DNA from: Phoronis australis
Lineage: Eukaryota; Animalia; Phoronida
Direction: 5' to 3'
NCBI GenBank assembly: GCA_002633005.1
Contig: NMRA01000006.1
Coordinates: 1,835,742-1,899,741 of the forward strand
DNA: 64,000 nucleotides
Each line of letters begins with the position of its first letter. The stretch's first letter is position 1. The position numbers and the translations under genes are program-made. Under the pieces are notes generated by a model that searched no databases, was not told the DNA's origin, and saw nothing but the letters and a program-made list of their open reading frames with translations. Positions 53,901 to 64,000 of this stretch are shown piece after piece.

Positions 53901-56900
53901 CATGGTCTTGAATGTTATTTCAACTCTCATGACTTCTGAGCCACGTGTAGTTAAATACTGCGTGCTAACCGTCACTTACAGGGGCTCTGCATTTAGAGAA
54001 CCATTTTTTCTTAAATGTGGGACATCTCTGAGTGACTATTGCTGATTGTTTTGCTGAAAATGTTCTTGTAGATTAGCTGCAGTTACGTTTGCATAAAACA
54101 GAGAACCTAATCCATGTGATAGCAAGTTGTGCCACATAACATGAAATTTAGTATAAACTGTATTTGTCCATACGTTGGATTCTTACAGTTCAAAATATGC
54201 TGATGTTATTGTTTCTGATTAAATTCTTCTTTCTTTCTGAGATTGTTTTCAAACAAATGAAAGCTACTTCGAGACAGTTGTCAACTTTCGTGAAAATTTG
54301 TTTCTCATAACGTTTCTTTAAACACATCCAAATGTATAAATTGTTTGGGAAGACTTCAATTGATTTCAGTAACACAGCAAATCTTCATCTTCCATTTTCA
54401 GGCCTTCAGAATTTTACCATTTTCAGCAGTTTTGAATATCAGTTCCTGTTTATTGCGTAGGTTAATTTGCATCAAATTTTATACCCTTAATTTAAAGTCT
54501 ATGGCAAAGGGATTTTTTCTCAAATTTTGATTTTTCTTTGAACAACAAAGATATCGGATGTAAAAATGAAGACTCAAGAAATGCTTATAGTTGTTTGAGG
54601 GTAAATCAAAAATTTGAGAAACAGTAATCATCGTATTGGTAGCAAAAATATATTGTTGAAATGTGAATTTACCTGCCATTTAGGTTTTAAGAAATTGCGT
54701 TCAAAGCAAAAAAGTGGCAAATTCTCACAAATAGGTGGCCAAATGATTATAACTAATTGTGTGACATTTTAGGCGTGAATTATGATTTTGCATGTTTCAG
54801 AAAATGTGTACTTTTGATGTTTGAAAATGAACAGTTAAAAATGTACTTGATGAATTGTGAAAGGACTTTATAAAAGTTGACAGTTAACTTGGTCGATCTG
54901 CTAGTGAATTGGTTAGTTTAAAAATTTTATTCTTTTAGCTTGTAGTTGTCTGTATTAATTTATTATTTTTTACCAGGTGTATCATAGAAAGTGCTCTCTG
55001 TGTATCCAGTAGTTATCTATGGTGCTTAGTTAGCCTCGCCTCTCTACTTGTCAACAGTATTTGTATGTGGGTAAATAAGGCTGTTAGGGCAGTATGTTTG
55101 ACACAAGAATGCAGCGGAGGTCGGATTAGGGTAACTAAAGATGACAGTTGTCTCGGCTCTTTGTCTAGGTAAAGCTTAAAACATTAAATGTAGTCTTGCA
55201 CGTTTAGTGCCTGTGAGATGTGTAGCAGTATGACTCGATTTGTATAATAAGATATCTAATAACGTTAGCCACACGTTGGCTGGAGCAAAACTTGCCATCG
55301 TGCAAGTTTTTGTTGTTTAATAGGAAATTGACTGCTGTATAAAATTGATATAAAGTAGTGTAAATATTGAAGTGTAAACTCCAGAGTTACAACTAACATT
55401 ACATTTTGTATCCTATTGTTTGTTGTTTCAGGTCAAAGACGTCACGGTCATCAAAAAGGAACAGTGTATTATTCTTTATGGCCCTGCTGCTTCTACCCTT
55501 GATATTAGGTAAGGGCTTTGCTGACCTTTGACTCCTACTTCTCTGTTTCTCAGTTCCAAGTTTTTCTGATTGAATGATCATTGAAATTCCAAGCATTCCT
55601 TTGGTTTGTTGCTATAATAAATTACTGCAACGCGCCGGATTAGCCTGCGATTCTTTCTCATGCGCCTCGCTCTCAGTCTTACTAACAATGTTGTTTAGTC
55701 ATCAGCACAATTCTTTTCTAACAAGTTGCATTAATTTTCTTTTCTCTCGCACACTGCAGCTACCTTATTGTATTGTATATTTTTCATGAGTCAATACTTT
55801 TGCTTACTTCATTTTTATAAAACAATGATTTGACAATTAGAACGGTGTTTGGAATAGCGCATCCTTGGTTGCGAGACAAGAAATATTGAGAATGCCTGTG
55901 CAGTTTGCAGTGGTGGAATGCAGGTTACTGAATACCTAACTCTTTTCCTGTGGAAACTTGCAGCTTTTGATGCTTAAAAGTAGAATTGCTCTTTTTGAGG
56001 TGTTAGCATTCCTTTGTTTTCAGGTTTAATGTGCAACGATGTTTACCCAGTTGATGTTGTCAACCACCTGCTCTCTCCTGTTTTTGGATTTGGTTCCTTC
56101 CTGTCTTCAATTGGTGCCTCATTGGCAAGTGTTTTCTCCAGGACAGAAACAAAGTATTCTACGCAGGTAAATATACGTTGTGTCTACTGAGGCTTCAGTT
56201 TCCACCGAATATCTGCTGGTACAGAATACATACGTGTTATGTAGTATTGCCGATGTGATAAACTTTGTTATCTTGGTGGCTCGTGCAATCAATGTTTAAA
56301 TGTTAATATCCTGCAAGTTTCCATAATTGCCGAGAGTTTCTTGGAAAGAATTGTTGCTATACCATATTCCAACTGGTGATGATCTAAAAGGTTATATTTG
56401 CAAGTGACTACAGCTCTAATGTTTTGCTTCAGGTTAAGCTAAATTACGAATATGATGTGCTTACAGCTAATATGCTGTTTTGTTGTACTTCAATAGTGAT
56501 TCTTGATTTGTTTTGATTTTGCATATGTCAAAAGAAATTATTCAAGTTCTGAAGAAAAGTGTGTTTGCATTGTTTTTTTTTTTTTTTGTTTTCCATGATT
56601 GTTTGATGTCTGGGGTGGAGCTTTAAGCACTATTTTTGGCACACAGTCTCGCTTCAAAACTCCATCAGTGAAAGATCACTCGATCACCACAGATTACAAT
56701 TTGAGAAAAAAATGTTTTTCAGGATCGTATGATGTTTACGTCGCCAATTGACAAGATGGACGAGAAGGTGAAGAAACTGATTTTAAACATTGGTCAGAAC
56801 AAGGACAAGCTGACCGCGGCCGAAGTCGAGGTCATCGTACGCAAACTGATGCAGGAGGAAATGGCTCAGTTCCTGTCGAGGATCGACAGCGAGACAGGAA

Positions 56901-59900
56901 GGCACATGGCTAGGCAGGTATGTCGGTGTAGCAGTTGTATTGGGACATCCAGTAAAAATGTTTTTGGTGAGGAATCAGTTCTAGTTGTAAATGATGTCTT
57001 CAGATCTGTTCATCAGTGTTTGGTCTATCCTTCCATACACTGAGGTTCAGTGAATATCACCTTCAACATTTTTTGGGGTCTGTTTCATTTTTAGTGGTCC
57101 AGGAAAACTGAATCCCGAAAACGTTAAGAATGCGTTCATGCTTAGAACAAGCTTTTATATAACGTGTAACACTAGCATAGCAAGTGGCATTATAAGATGA
57201 CAACACACATACAGTGCATGTTGGGAAAAGGGAAGCAAATTTATCAATGGGAAAATACAGTAAGATAATCAAGGAGACTCATTTTTTGGTTTTTACTTTT
57301 TACGACTTATCAAACATTGCGTCCAAGGTCACGCGTACTTGCACTGGTTCGTGAAATTTTCTCGAATCTGCATTTATGTCATTGTAGTTCTTTGTTCTTA
57401 TCATTGGTGTCTAACGCTTGCCATTGACTTTGCTTTGAGTCAAAGGATTTACACGCTTTTTTACAATCACTTTTAAAATTTTCTTGCAGGTGCAAATCAA
57501 TTCAGACTTTGAAAGCCGGTTGTCCAGCCAACAAACATTGCTTACGTTGATCAATGAAAGAGCACAGCAACTAGCCCTAGATCTTAGCACTGCGAAAGAA
57601 AATATCAAAATGTAAGTTCTCTGTTTTAACAACTTTTTATAAATTTTTGGCTTGCATTATTTTACAATGTGGATATGCATGCAATTGCAGGTCAGAGATC
57701 ATATGATGTGGTGAATTTCATCGACCGTGGTAACTGTCAATATAAGCCCATGGGTTGTACTATGGGAGCTCTGAAAAGGGGGTGTTCATGAACTCGGATA
57801 TCCTAATGTTAGATATTCGTGCATAAGCTCACAGGTTACTACTACCTGAAGTGGAGTGATACAAGGGTGCTATGTGATGACACAATCATTCTTTGTCTGG
57901 CTCATACTTACAGTAGTAACAGTGTGCTATTCCCAGTGACAGAGTACGGGTGAGAGGAGACATTCTGATTTCAAGTGGATTATGAGATAGGAGGTTGGAC
58001 TTATACCCTCTCTAGAGCAGATGGGCTTATATTTGTTGAAAAGGAATAAGTGGGTGATCTGATGTACTTACACCTGGGCGGATACTGTGGTACCTGTCAT
58101 CATTAGTCCCAACATGTGTCATGTTGGACCTCAAACAAGTTTGCTTATTTCATGAGATTTCGTAAAGCGCTTGTTGAAGGAAAACTCCGACAGGTTGTGG
58201 CCTAAGTACTCATATCCTGAAGAGAGGATGTTTTTGATTGCAGAGAGCAACTGAATCAAAGGAATGGTACAGCCCTGCGCCTGTCTGACCTGGACAATGA
58301 GTTGGCAGCTCTCAGGCGGGAACTACTGAAAATACAGACAATACAGTCAGATATGATGATCAACTTAAAGTCGTGTTGCAAGAACGAGTCGTACATTGTG
58401 GGACTCATGAAGAGGCTAATGCACGATGAGTGGTACTCTGTAAGTAGGGGTTGTGTGCTGAGAATGTGGAACTGTGTAATTGGGCTGTATGCTGGGAGCT
58501 TGTGCTGAGATGTGATACTGTGTGAGTGGCTGAGGTTAGCTCTAGGCTTGTGCTGAGAATGTGATACTGTTTGAGTGACGGAGGTGTGCTCTGGGCTTGT
58601 GCTGAGATTATCTTCTATATTTACATCAGAGATACTTATGCTAAGCATCACTCAAGACGAGTCAAAATCTGCATAGTTGGGTGCACTAATACTTTGTTTT
58701 GTGTTTATGCTTTTATTGAAATGTTCTAATTGGTTGTTTATTGAAAAAATTTACTGTATTTGGTGCTTGCACTAAAAATCAAGTCCTTGATGTATCAGAT
58801 GACCTGAAAAGCATCCAAAATGTTCAACATGGCAAACGAGAACACTTCAGTTTCGTGAGATTTTACATTAGTTTCAAAGATGAAAGTGATTAGTTATATG
58901 AAATTTTTTAACTAAAAATTCATCTGCACCTATATAAAATAATATTTTGTGAAATTTCAGTCTCATTGCTGTTATGCCGATTGGTATCCTATTACAGGCA
59001 TCGGGTGGAGTAGGTGGTAAAGCAGACGATTTCAATTTCTGGCTACAACAACAGTTTGTCAATAAGCAAGCTTTCGAAGAAAAGTTCCGTGAGCTCGCTG
59101 ATAGGCTGGCCAGAGAAATTAGGGCGACTGAAAGAGCGGAGAGCACGCAGGTTATCATCAATACGCCCAATGGAACTGGGCTTAGTGAGGATGTAAGTGA
59201 TACGATGGTTTGAATTAAACAAGAATCATGTATTTTGAAACAGAATTTGATTTACAGTGCATGCTAAGTGTTGTCTGATAAAAAGATGTGGAGCTGCCCG
59301 TCATGACGACGGATGGCGAGGCGTATTTCTCGTATTAACTGCTGGGTGCAAGCAGTCAGGGTTTGTTGCAATAGCAAGTCATGGTGTCAGTTGCTTTCGT
59401 GTTCCTATTTTGCTGTTAGTCGTAAATCTTGCTCCAATGTGCATTAACATTCACGCAACTAATGCACAATGAAACAGTGAGATTTTATACTAGCATGGTG
59501 AAATACTACTTATTTGATGAGTAGAGAGTACAAACTAGAACTGCCACATAATAAATATTTGCCAGAGTTCAGGGAAGATACGACTTGTGTGCAGCCAACT
59601 TATGTCAGTTTGAGACCCAATTTTGTTCACCTGTCGTACATTTCAAAAGAAGAGAAATGTGATTCACCCTCGACCTTGCCTATTTGTCCGATAGCCTAAT
59701 TCACATCATTTGCTTTTCTCAATTTTGTAGCATGTAAGGAATCTCATCCAAGAATCTCTGAATGTATATAGTGCTGACAAGACTGGCATGGTGGATTATG
59801 CATTGGAGTCAGCAGGTATGGCATTTTGCAGTTTTTAGTGCCAACATTTCTGTTTACTGATTGCACTTTGTGAATTGAATACAGTGTAACATACATTGTT

Positions 59901-61934
59901 AGTACAAATGAATGTTGAAATATGTCAAGTTTTGTTTTACAATGTCCCAATTTACATTAATTGCTCTACTCATTATTCTGTTGCCTAAATTTGAGTTTTC
60001 TACTACAGGTGGCAGCATCATCAGTACACGATGTTCTGAAACTTATGGTAAAACTGCCCAGCTGACTTTATTTGGCTTTCCTTTGTGGTTTGTCCATCAG
60101 TCCCCCAGGACAGTTATTCAGGTAATGGGCGTATAAAACAATGCAAAACGAAGCCGTTAACAGAACGATATAACAGTTCAGTGCGCGGACTGAGTAATCT
60201 GAATACAACTGACAGTAATAACTTCTAAAACATGTTTGCAACCAGTGTATCATTTTTCATTAATAAAACGAATGGTTCAGCGAGATTAGTTATTGTCTTG
60301 CAGCAGCCATTGCAGGAGTCTTTCCAAAAATTACCCGCAGAATGTTAGAGTGGGTATTCATCTGAAATGAACGATAGCCTGTAGTAATGTCCATTGCAAT
60401 ATCCTGTGTGTTTGTGGATTTAGATGGCTATGTACAAAAATCACAAACTTTCTGATAAGTTATTGAAAATACTCATGAGATTGTTGATACGCTATTTTCC
60501 CCCATTTCCAGCCGGATGTCCAACCAGGCCAGTGTTGGGCTTTCAAGGGAACTCAGGGTTACATAGTCATTCAATTGTCCGCAGCCGTCCACCCAACGTC
60601 ATTTTCAATGGAGCACATCCCCAAGCAGCTGTCCCCAACTGGCAATATTGACAGTGCGCCCAAGGACTTTTCTGTTTGGGTACGAGTTCAAGGTGTATTA
60701 ACTAAGATTGCTTTAAAGTTATGGAGGACCCTTGAAAAATAGCCAAATTAAGCAAACTTTAGAACATCATATCAATATTGGCTGATTGGAGTCGTATGAA
60801 AAATTCAGATACCGTACATTGTGCTCTGTTCTACAAAACGATGTTAAGATTTTTTAAGAATATTCCGCTTTTGTACGAGAGCCTATCAAAAAAAAGGATT
60901 TTTATGAAAGAAAAATCCAAAGTTGCACCAAACAAAAACAGAACGATAATTTAGTAAACAGTAACAGTGTGTTTGAGATTTCATCTTGGACACTTATATC
61001 GAACAGTTTGGTCATGTTATTGATACCGTTGTCTGACTTTGGATGTACCTTTTTGGCAAGATTTTATAAAAATGGCACGTTGAAAGATTGGTATTGAGTC
61101 AAAAATCAAATTCTACAGGCTTTCTACTTTCAGAAAATATAACTTTTACCGATTTAAAATCTTGCTTTCTACATATTTTGCTAAATTCACAGTCAAGTTG
61201 ATAAGGTCATACGTAACCTTAAAAAAGGAAAGTGTTGTGATCTAACCAATTTGTGTGCTATTCAGTGCTGAGTAAATGTAGCTATTGACATTTACTGATT
61301 TTGATTGATTGCAGTTCCTGCTCTTGTAGTATTAATACACATTTGCATGTTAATGAGAAAAATCAAGAGCTTGGACTTTTCAAAACGTGTCTGTGAAATG
61401 CAGCTTTGGTGGCAAAAAGTATGAACTATTAATATTAACTATGTAAAATTGTAATGAATGCATTGGACTTATAGGTTATAATGACATTTTGCATTAATTC
61501 CATAAATATTGCTTGGTTGTATCTTGAATGTGTCTCTTTGTCTTTCATTTCTGATTTTTTCTTGACAGGGTCTGCAAAATGAAAAACAAACCCGTGGTGT
61601 TCATTTGGGAGATTATGTTTATGACAAAAACGGAAGTCCTCTGCAGTTCTTTCCTGTGAAGGTTTGTTCAATATTCATTTAATTTCAAATACTTAATTAC
61701 AACTTTGTAAAATGGAATGAGAACTTGTTCCTTTTGTTTGATAACAATTTGTTTTTAAGAAAAGAATATTTTGCCATTATTATCGCTGCTGATCGTATAT
61801 CCTTTGTCAACTTCCAGAACATAAATGCTGGACTTTTCCCAATTGTGGAACTGAAGATTCACAGTAACCATGGAAACTCTGACTACACATGCATTTACCG
61901 TTTCCGCGTTCACGGTGTTCTTCAGGAAACGTGA
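41966..61934 (+). CDS. SUN1: SUN-domain inner nuclear membrane protein (SUN1/SUN2 family, LINC complex); exons 41966-42066, 46393-46470, 49594-49626, 50660-50988, 51631-51768, 52456-52536, 53284-53382, 53663-53744, 54977-55168, 55432-55508, 56024-56166, 56723-56917, 57490-57611, 58244-58439, 58998-59192, 59731-59815, 60009-60121, 60512-60679, 61569-61661, 61818-61934
   Basis: The C-terminal SUN domain is unmistakable: YSADKTGMVDYALESAGGSIISTRCSETY...FGFPLWF...SPRTVIQPDVQPGQCWAFKG...EHIPKQLSPTGNIDSAPKDFSVWG...VELKIHSNHGNSDYTCIYRFRVHG. It is preceded by coiled-coil-like exons, a TM segment (VLFFMALLLLPLILGL) and a Ser/Arg-rich nucleoplasmic region with a SUN1-like motif (DYTYSRSGSYS...SPNLSRLGL). 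The 20 exons splice in frame (2637 nt, 878 aa), starting at GCCATGT. The first two exons and 54977-55168 are less certain than the rest. Probably co-orthologous to SUN1 and SUN2. Confidence 0.93.
43708..44116 (+). mobile_element. ~400-bp TTAA-flanked MITE (Kolobok-like), copy 2, in SUN intron 1
   Basis: Left TTAA-AGATGTGTTTGCATGCT versus right (reverse complement) TTAA-AGTGGAACTTGCACGCT. Homologous to 24388-24787. Confidence 0.85.
45873..46123. mobile_element. ~250-bp TA-flanked MITE, same family as 24267-24898 in the opposite orientation
   Basis: TA|CAGTAAAATCTCCTCAATT ... AATTGGTGAGATTCTACCG|TA. The left subterminal sequence matches the reverse complement of 24840-24898. Confidence 0.7.
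48195..49491. mobile_element. HINE-like element containing ~8-9 units of a ~140-bp tandem repeat with ~420-bp trimeric higher-order periodicity
   Basis: Each unit ends in a GCGCCCCCTAGTGGC-like motif (at 48414, 48558, 48688, 48832, 48977, 49112, 49258, 49390). Blocks such as CTGTATCTTCAAAG...GTGAGATGAyGCTATCCCC recur at ~420 bp. One end has a T-tract plus hairpin; the other reads GCATTGCTCTTG. Confidence 0.75.
57725..58090. mobile_element. Decayed pogo/Tc2-like MITE
   Basis: Inverted motifs AATATAAGCCCAT (~57738) and ATGGGCTTATATT (~58021), with CCGTGG... / ...CTGTGG|TA ends. Confidence 0.4.
58451..58607 (+). repeat. Minisatellite, ~48-bp unit x ~3.3, directly after a SUN exon donor
   Basis: Repeated GCTTGTGCTGAGA(A)TGTGATACTGT(G/T)TGAGTG units. 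Confidence 0.8.
60713..61222. mobile_element. ~510-bp TTAA-flanked MITE (Kolobok-like) in a SUN-domain intron
   Basis: Left TTAA-AGTTATGGAGGACCCTT versus right (reverse complement) TTAA-GGTTACGTATGACCTT. Confidence 0.55.
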
Positions 61935-62764
61935 TTTCCATTAGGATTCTTTGCACCAAACATCAAAGTTCATTCATGAAAATTCACAGAAGGCATCAGT
62001 TTTATAGTCATTGGTCTTTGTTTTGCTTATAGAAAACAGGGTTTTAATCTTTGTTTTGATTTGTGAGATACGTTTATGTGAAATATTGTTTTAGGCTATA
62101 TTAGCATTGTAATATTACAGTAAGGTTTAAGATTTTTGTTTCATAGACAAAAATTAATGTAATTTTATTAAAATATCCAGTAAATGGAATTAAAATACTG
62201 GCTATTTTGCAAATTTAATAAGCTTCAATACAAAACAATATGTATCAATTTTGTTAAAAATGGAAATACTCCGTTACCAACAACAATTCAGGTATTTATT
62301 TAATGTCAAAGGTATACTAGAAAGTATTACTTAACTTAAAGTGTGTAGTTTTGGGTGTAGATTTTTATGATGACACGACACAGAATATCTGTGTACTTGT
62401 TTTACGAGGTATATTTTACCAAGATGTACATATAACTTGTAAATGATTTTCTACAAAATAATATATTACAATATATGACTCAATTGTTCTGCTATTCGAA
62501 GGTGAATATCTCTTGCTGCTGCAATCATTGTTTTACTGACGAGTTCTTTGAGAACATTATTCTGCTTGCACTGTTGTACCACTCAAATGGAGAAGAGAAA
62601 AGATGTTATTGTATTTTAAAAAGATATTTATTTCAGTAATTTAATAATTTAAAATGTCTACACTAAATAATGATCTGAGAAATGAGCAACAAATAATTTA
62701 ACAACAATAACAATTTGTAGGTTTTGTCCAACATGCTTAATTTTCAAAGTTTAAGATGGCTCCA

Positions 62765-63232
62765 TTATTCCTTTGCATCTCCTATACCGCCTTGTGTTAT
62801 AGCGTATGTCGCTTCATTTTCTGGCAAGTCGGGGCTGGAAAGAATTTTAATAGTAAAAATTACTTAAGCTTTGATAAAAAAATGTGTACTGAAGAAAACA
62901 GTGTGTCAATTAACTGAGATTATTACAAAATACTTTTGTTTCAAAATTCTATTGGGAACTTAGCACAACAAATCGCATTACACAACAGACCATGTTTCAG
63001 GAAAAACTTTACTGGTTGGAAATTGAAGTACTGAGATGGGAACAGAAAGGACCTTCTAACAACTAGACTTAAATCTTAGAAAACAAAATTGCTAACAGAA
63101 GTCTATTTCGTTCACCTGTCGTAGATTTTGGCCACTCTCAGTTCACCTCTGCCTTTCCTTAAGGATACACGTGTCGTGGCAGCGTGAGCCAATATATGCC
63201 CACCAATTGGCTTCTTGGGGTCTGCTTGAAAA
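62765..63232 (-). CDS. DMC1: Meiotic recombinase DMC1, last two coding exons (63116-63232, 62765-62834); the rest lies beyond the window end
   Basis: Translation [61 protein letters not shown]. The [12 protein letters not shown] and PENEAT...GGIGDAKE residues match DMC1 rather than RAD51 (GGNIIAHA, GETR, PEAEA). Splice sites are canonical. Confidence 0.95.
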
Positions 63233-64000
63233 CTATAAATGATGCAATGAACGTATAAACATCTTTTTTTCACACTGAAGTCAGGAGTAAGATTAAACTG
63301 CGGTCCCTGAGATCCTCCGTTCAGCACTTACTGTTTAATACTAATGGTGTGCAGAGGTCATTTTTGCTTTCCACGTCTCTGCCATGTATGATGAAATGAT
63401 TATCACAAGGATGTTTACATTGGCCATCACGATTTCTTCTGTTGGTATTTACTCACCATGTATTGTGATGTGTGAAAAATTTATATGGTAACTTAATAGG
63501 ATAAGAAATGACATGATGTGAAATCTAACATGAGCCTTACGTACATAACACAGTCAATGTTTTCCTCAAGTACCGATCGTTAACTTGCTTGTGATTTCCA
63601 TAAATCCAATTCTCTGAATGTCATGGCCCATTCTGCTTGGAAATAACGAATGATGCGATTGGCCCTGGTGAACTCTTCTCAATCATTCGCCCACTGATTT
63701 AGACTTTTTAATATTTTATCATTTTCCATTTTAATGTGTGGGTGGCAGAGAGTGCACTGATGAAATTGTATTTCAGTGTAGTTACTAAGACTACATAAGG
63801 CAGGGTGTTGCACCCAAAAGGGCAGTCACATTTTCCTCGTCTTTTAGGCACAGCTTTTGGTTTCAAATATATAATGGAAATTCATGTGTGTGAATTGGTA
63901 AGACGGAATGTGCTTCAAGCTACAAAGGGAGAGAAGACATTGCTAATCATTTTTTAAACAATTCACTGAAAGTTAGAATGAAAAATGTGTTCGTGAAATG

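Noticed and set aside
53449-54685. Apparent TIR pair (TTAATGGTACGGTA / TACCTGCCATTTA) suggesting a 1.2-kb transposon
   Set aside because: The match is weak and the interval contains a required, phase-bridging SUN exon (53663-53744).
63112-63327. RAD51 assignment for the recombinase exon
   Set aside because: Diagnostic residues ([26 protein letters not shown]) match DMC1.

Overview
AT-rich, intron-rich eukaryotic DNA; gene content and repeat types suggest a marine invertebrate animal, but the species cannot be determined. Most ORFs in the six-frame track are spurious or fragments of exons. Hand-splicing GT-AG exons with consistent phase gives four genes. (1) The 3' part (6 exons, ~572 aa) of a + strand, disordered adaptor-like protein with about 13 YxxI/V motifs, resembling PAG/Cbp-type SH2-docking adaptors. 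(2) A complete - strand DESI1 (PPPDE peptidase) gene, 11 exons, ~451 aa, with a helical PUL-like C-terminal extension. (3) A + strand SUN1/2-type LINC-complex gene, 20 coding exons, ~878 aa. (4) The last two exons of meiotic recombinase DMC1 on the - strand, tail-to-tail with SUN. DESI1, SUN2 and DMC1 all map to human 22q13, which suggests ancient linkage. Introns carry many non-autonomous DNA transposons (TTAA-flanked Kolobok-like, TA-flanked Tc/pogo-like, HINE-like). One HINE-like element holds eight co-oriented CTCF-like motifs on a ~140-bp repeat with trimeric higher-order structure. A 515-bp tandem duplication next to an N is probably an assembly artefact. I cannot claim a wholly new system; the tyrosine-motif adaptor, the SUN-DMC1-DESI1 cluster and the CTCF-like array are the best leads.
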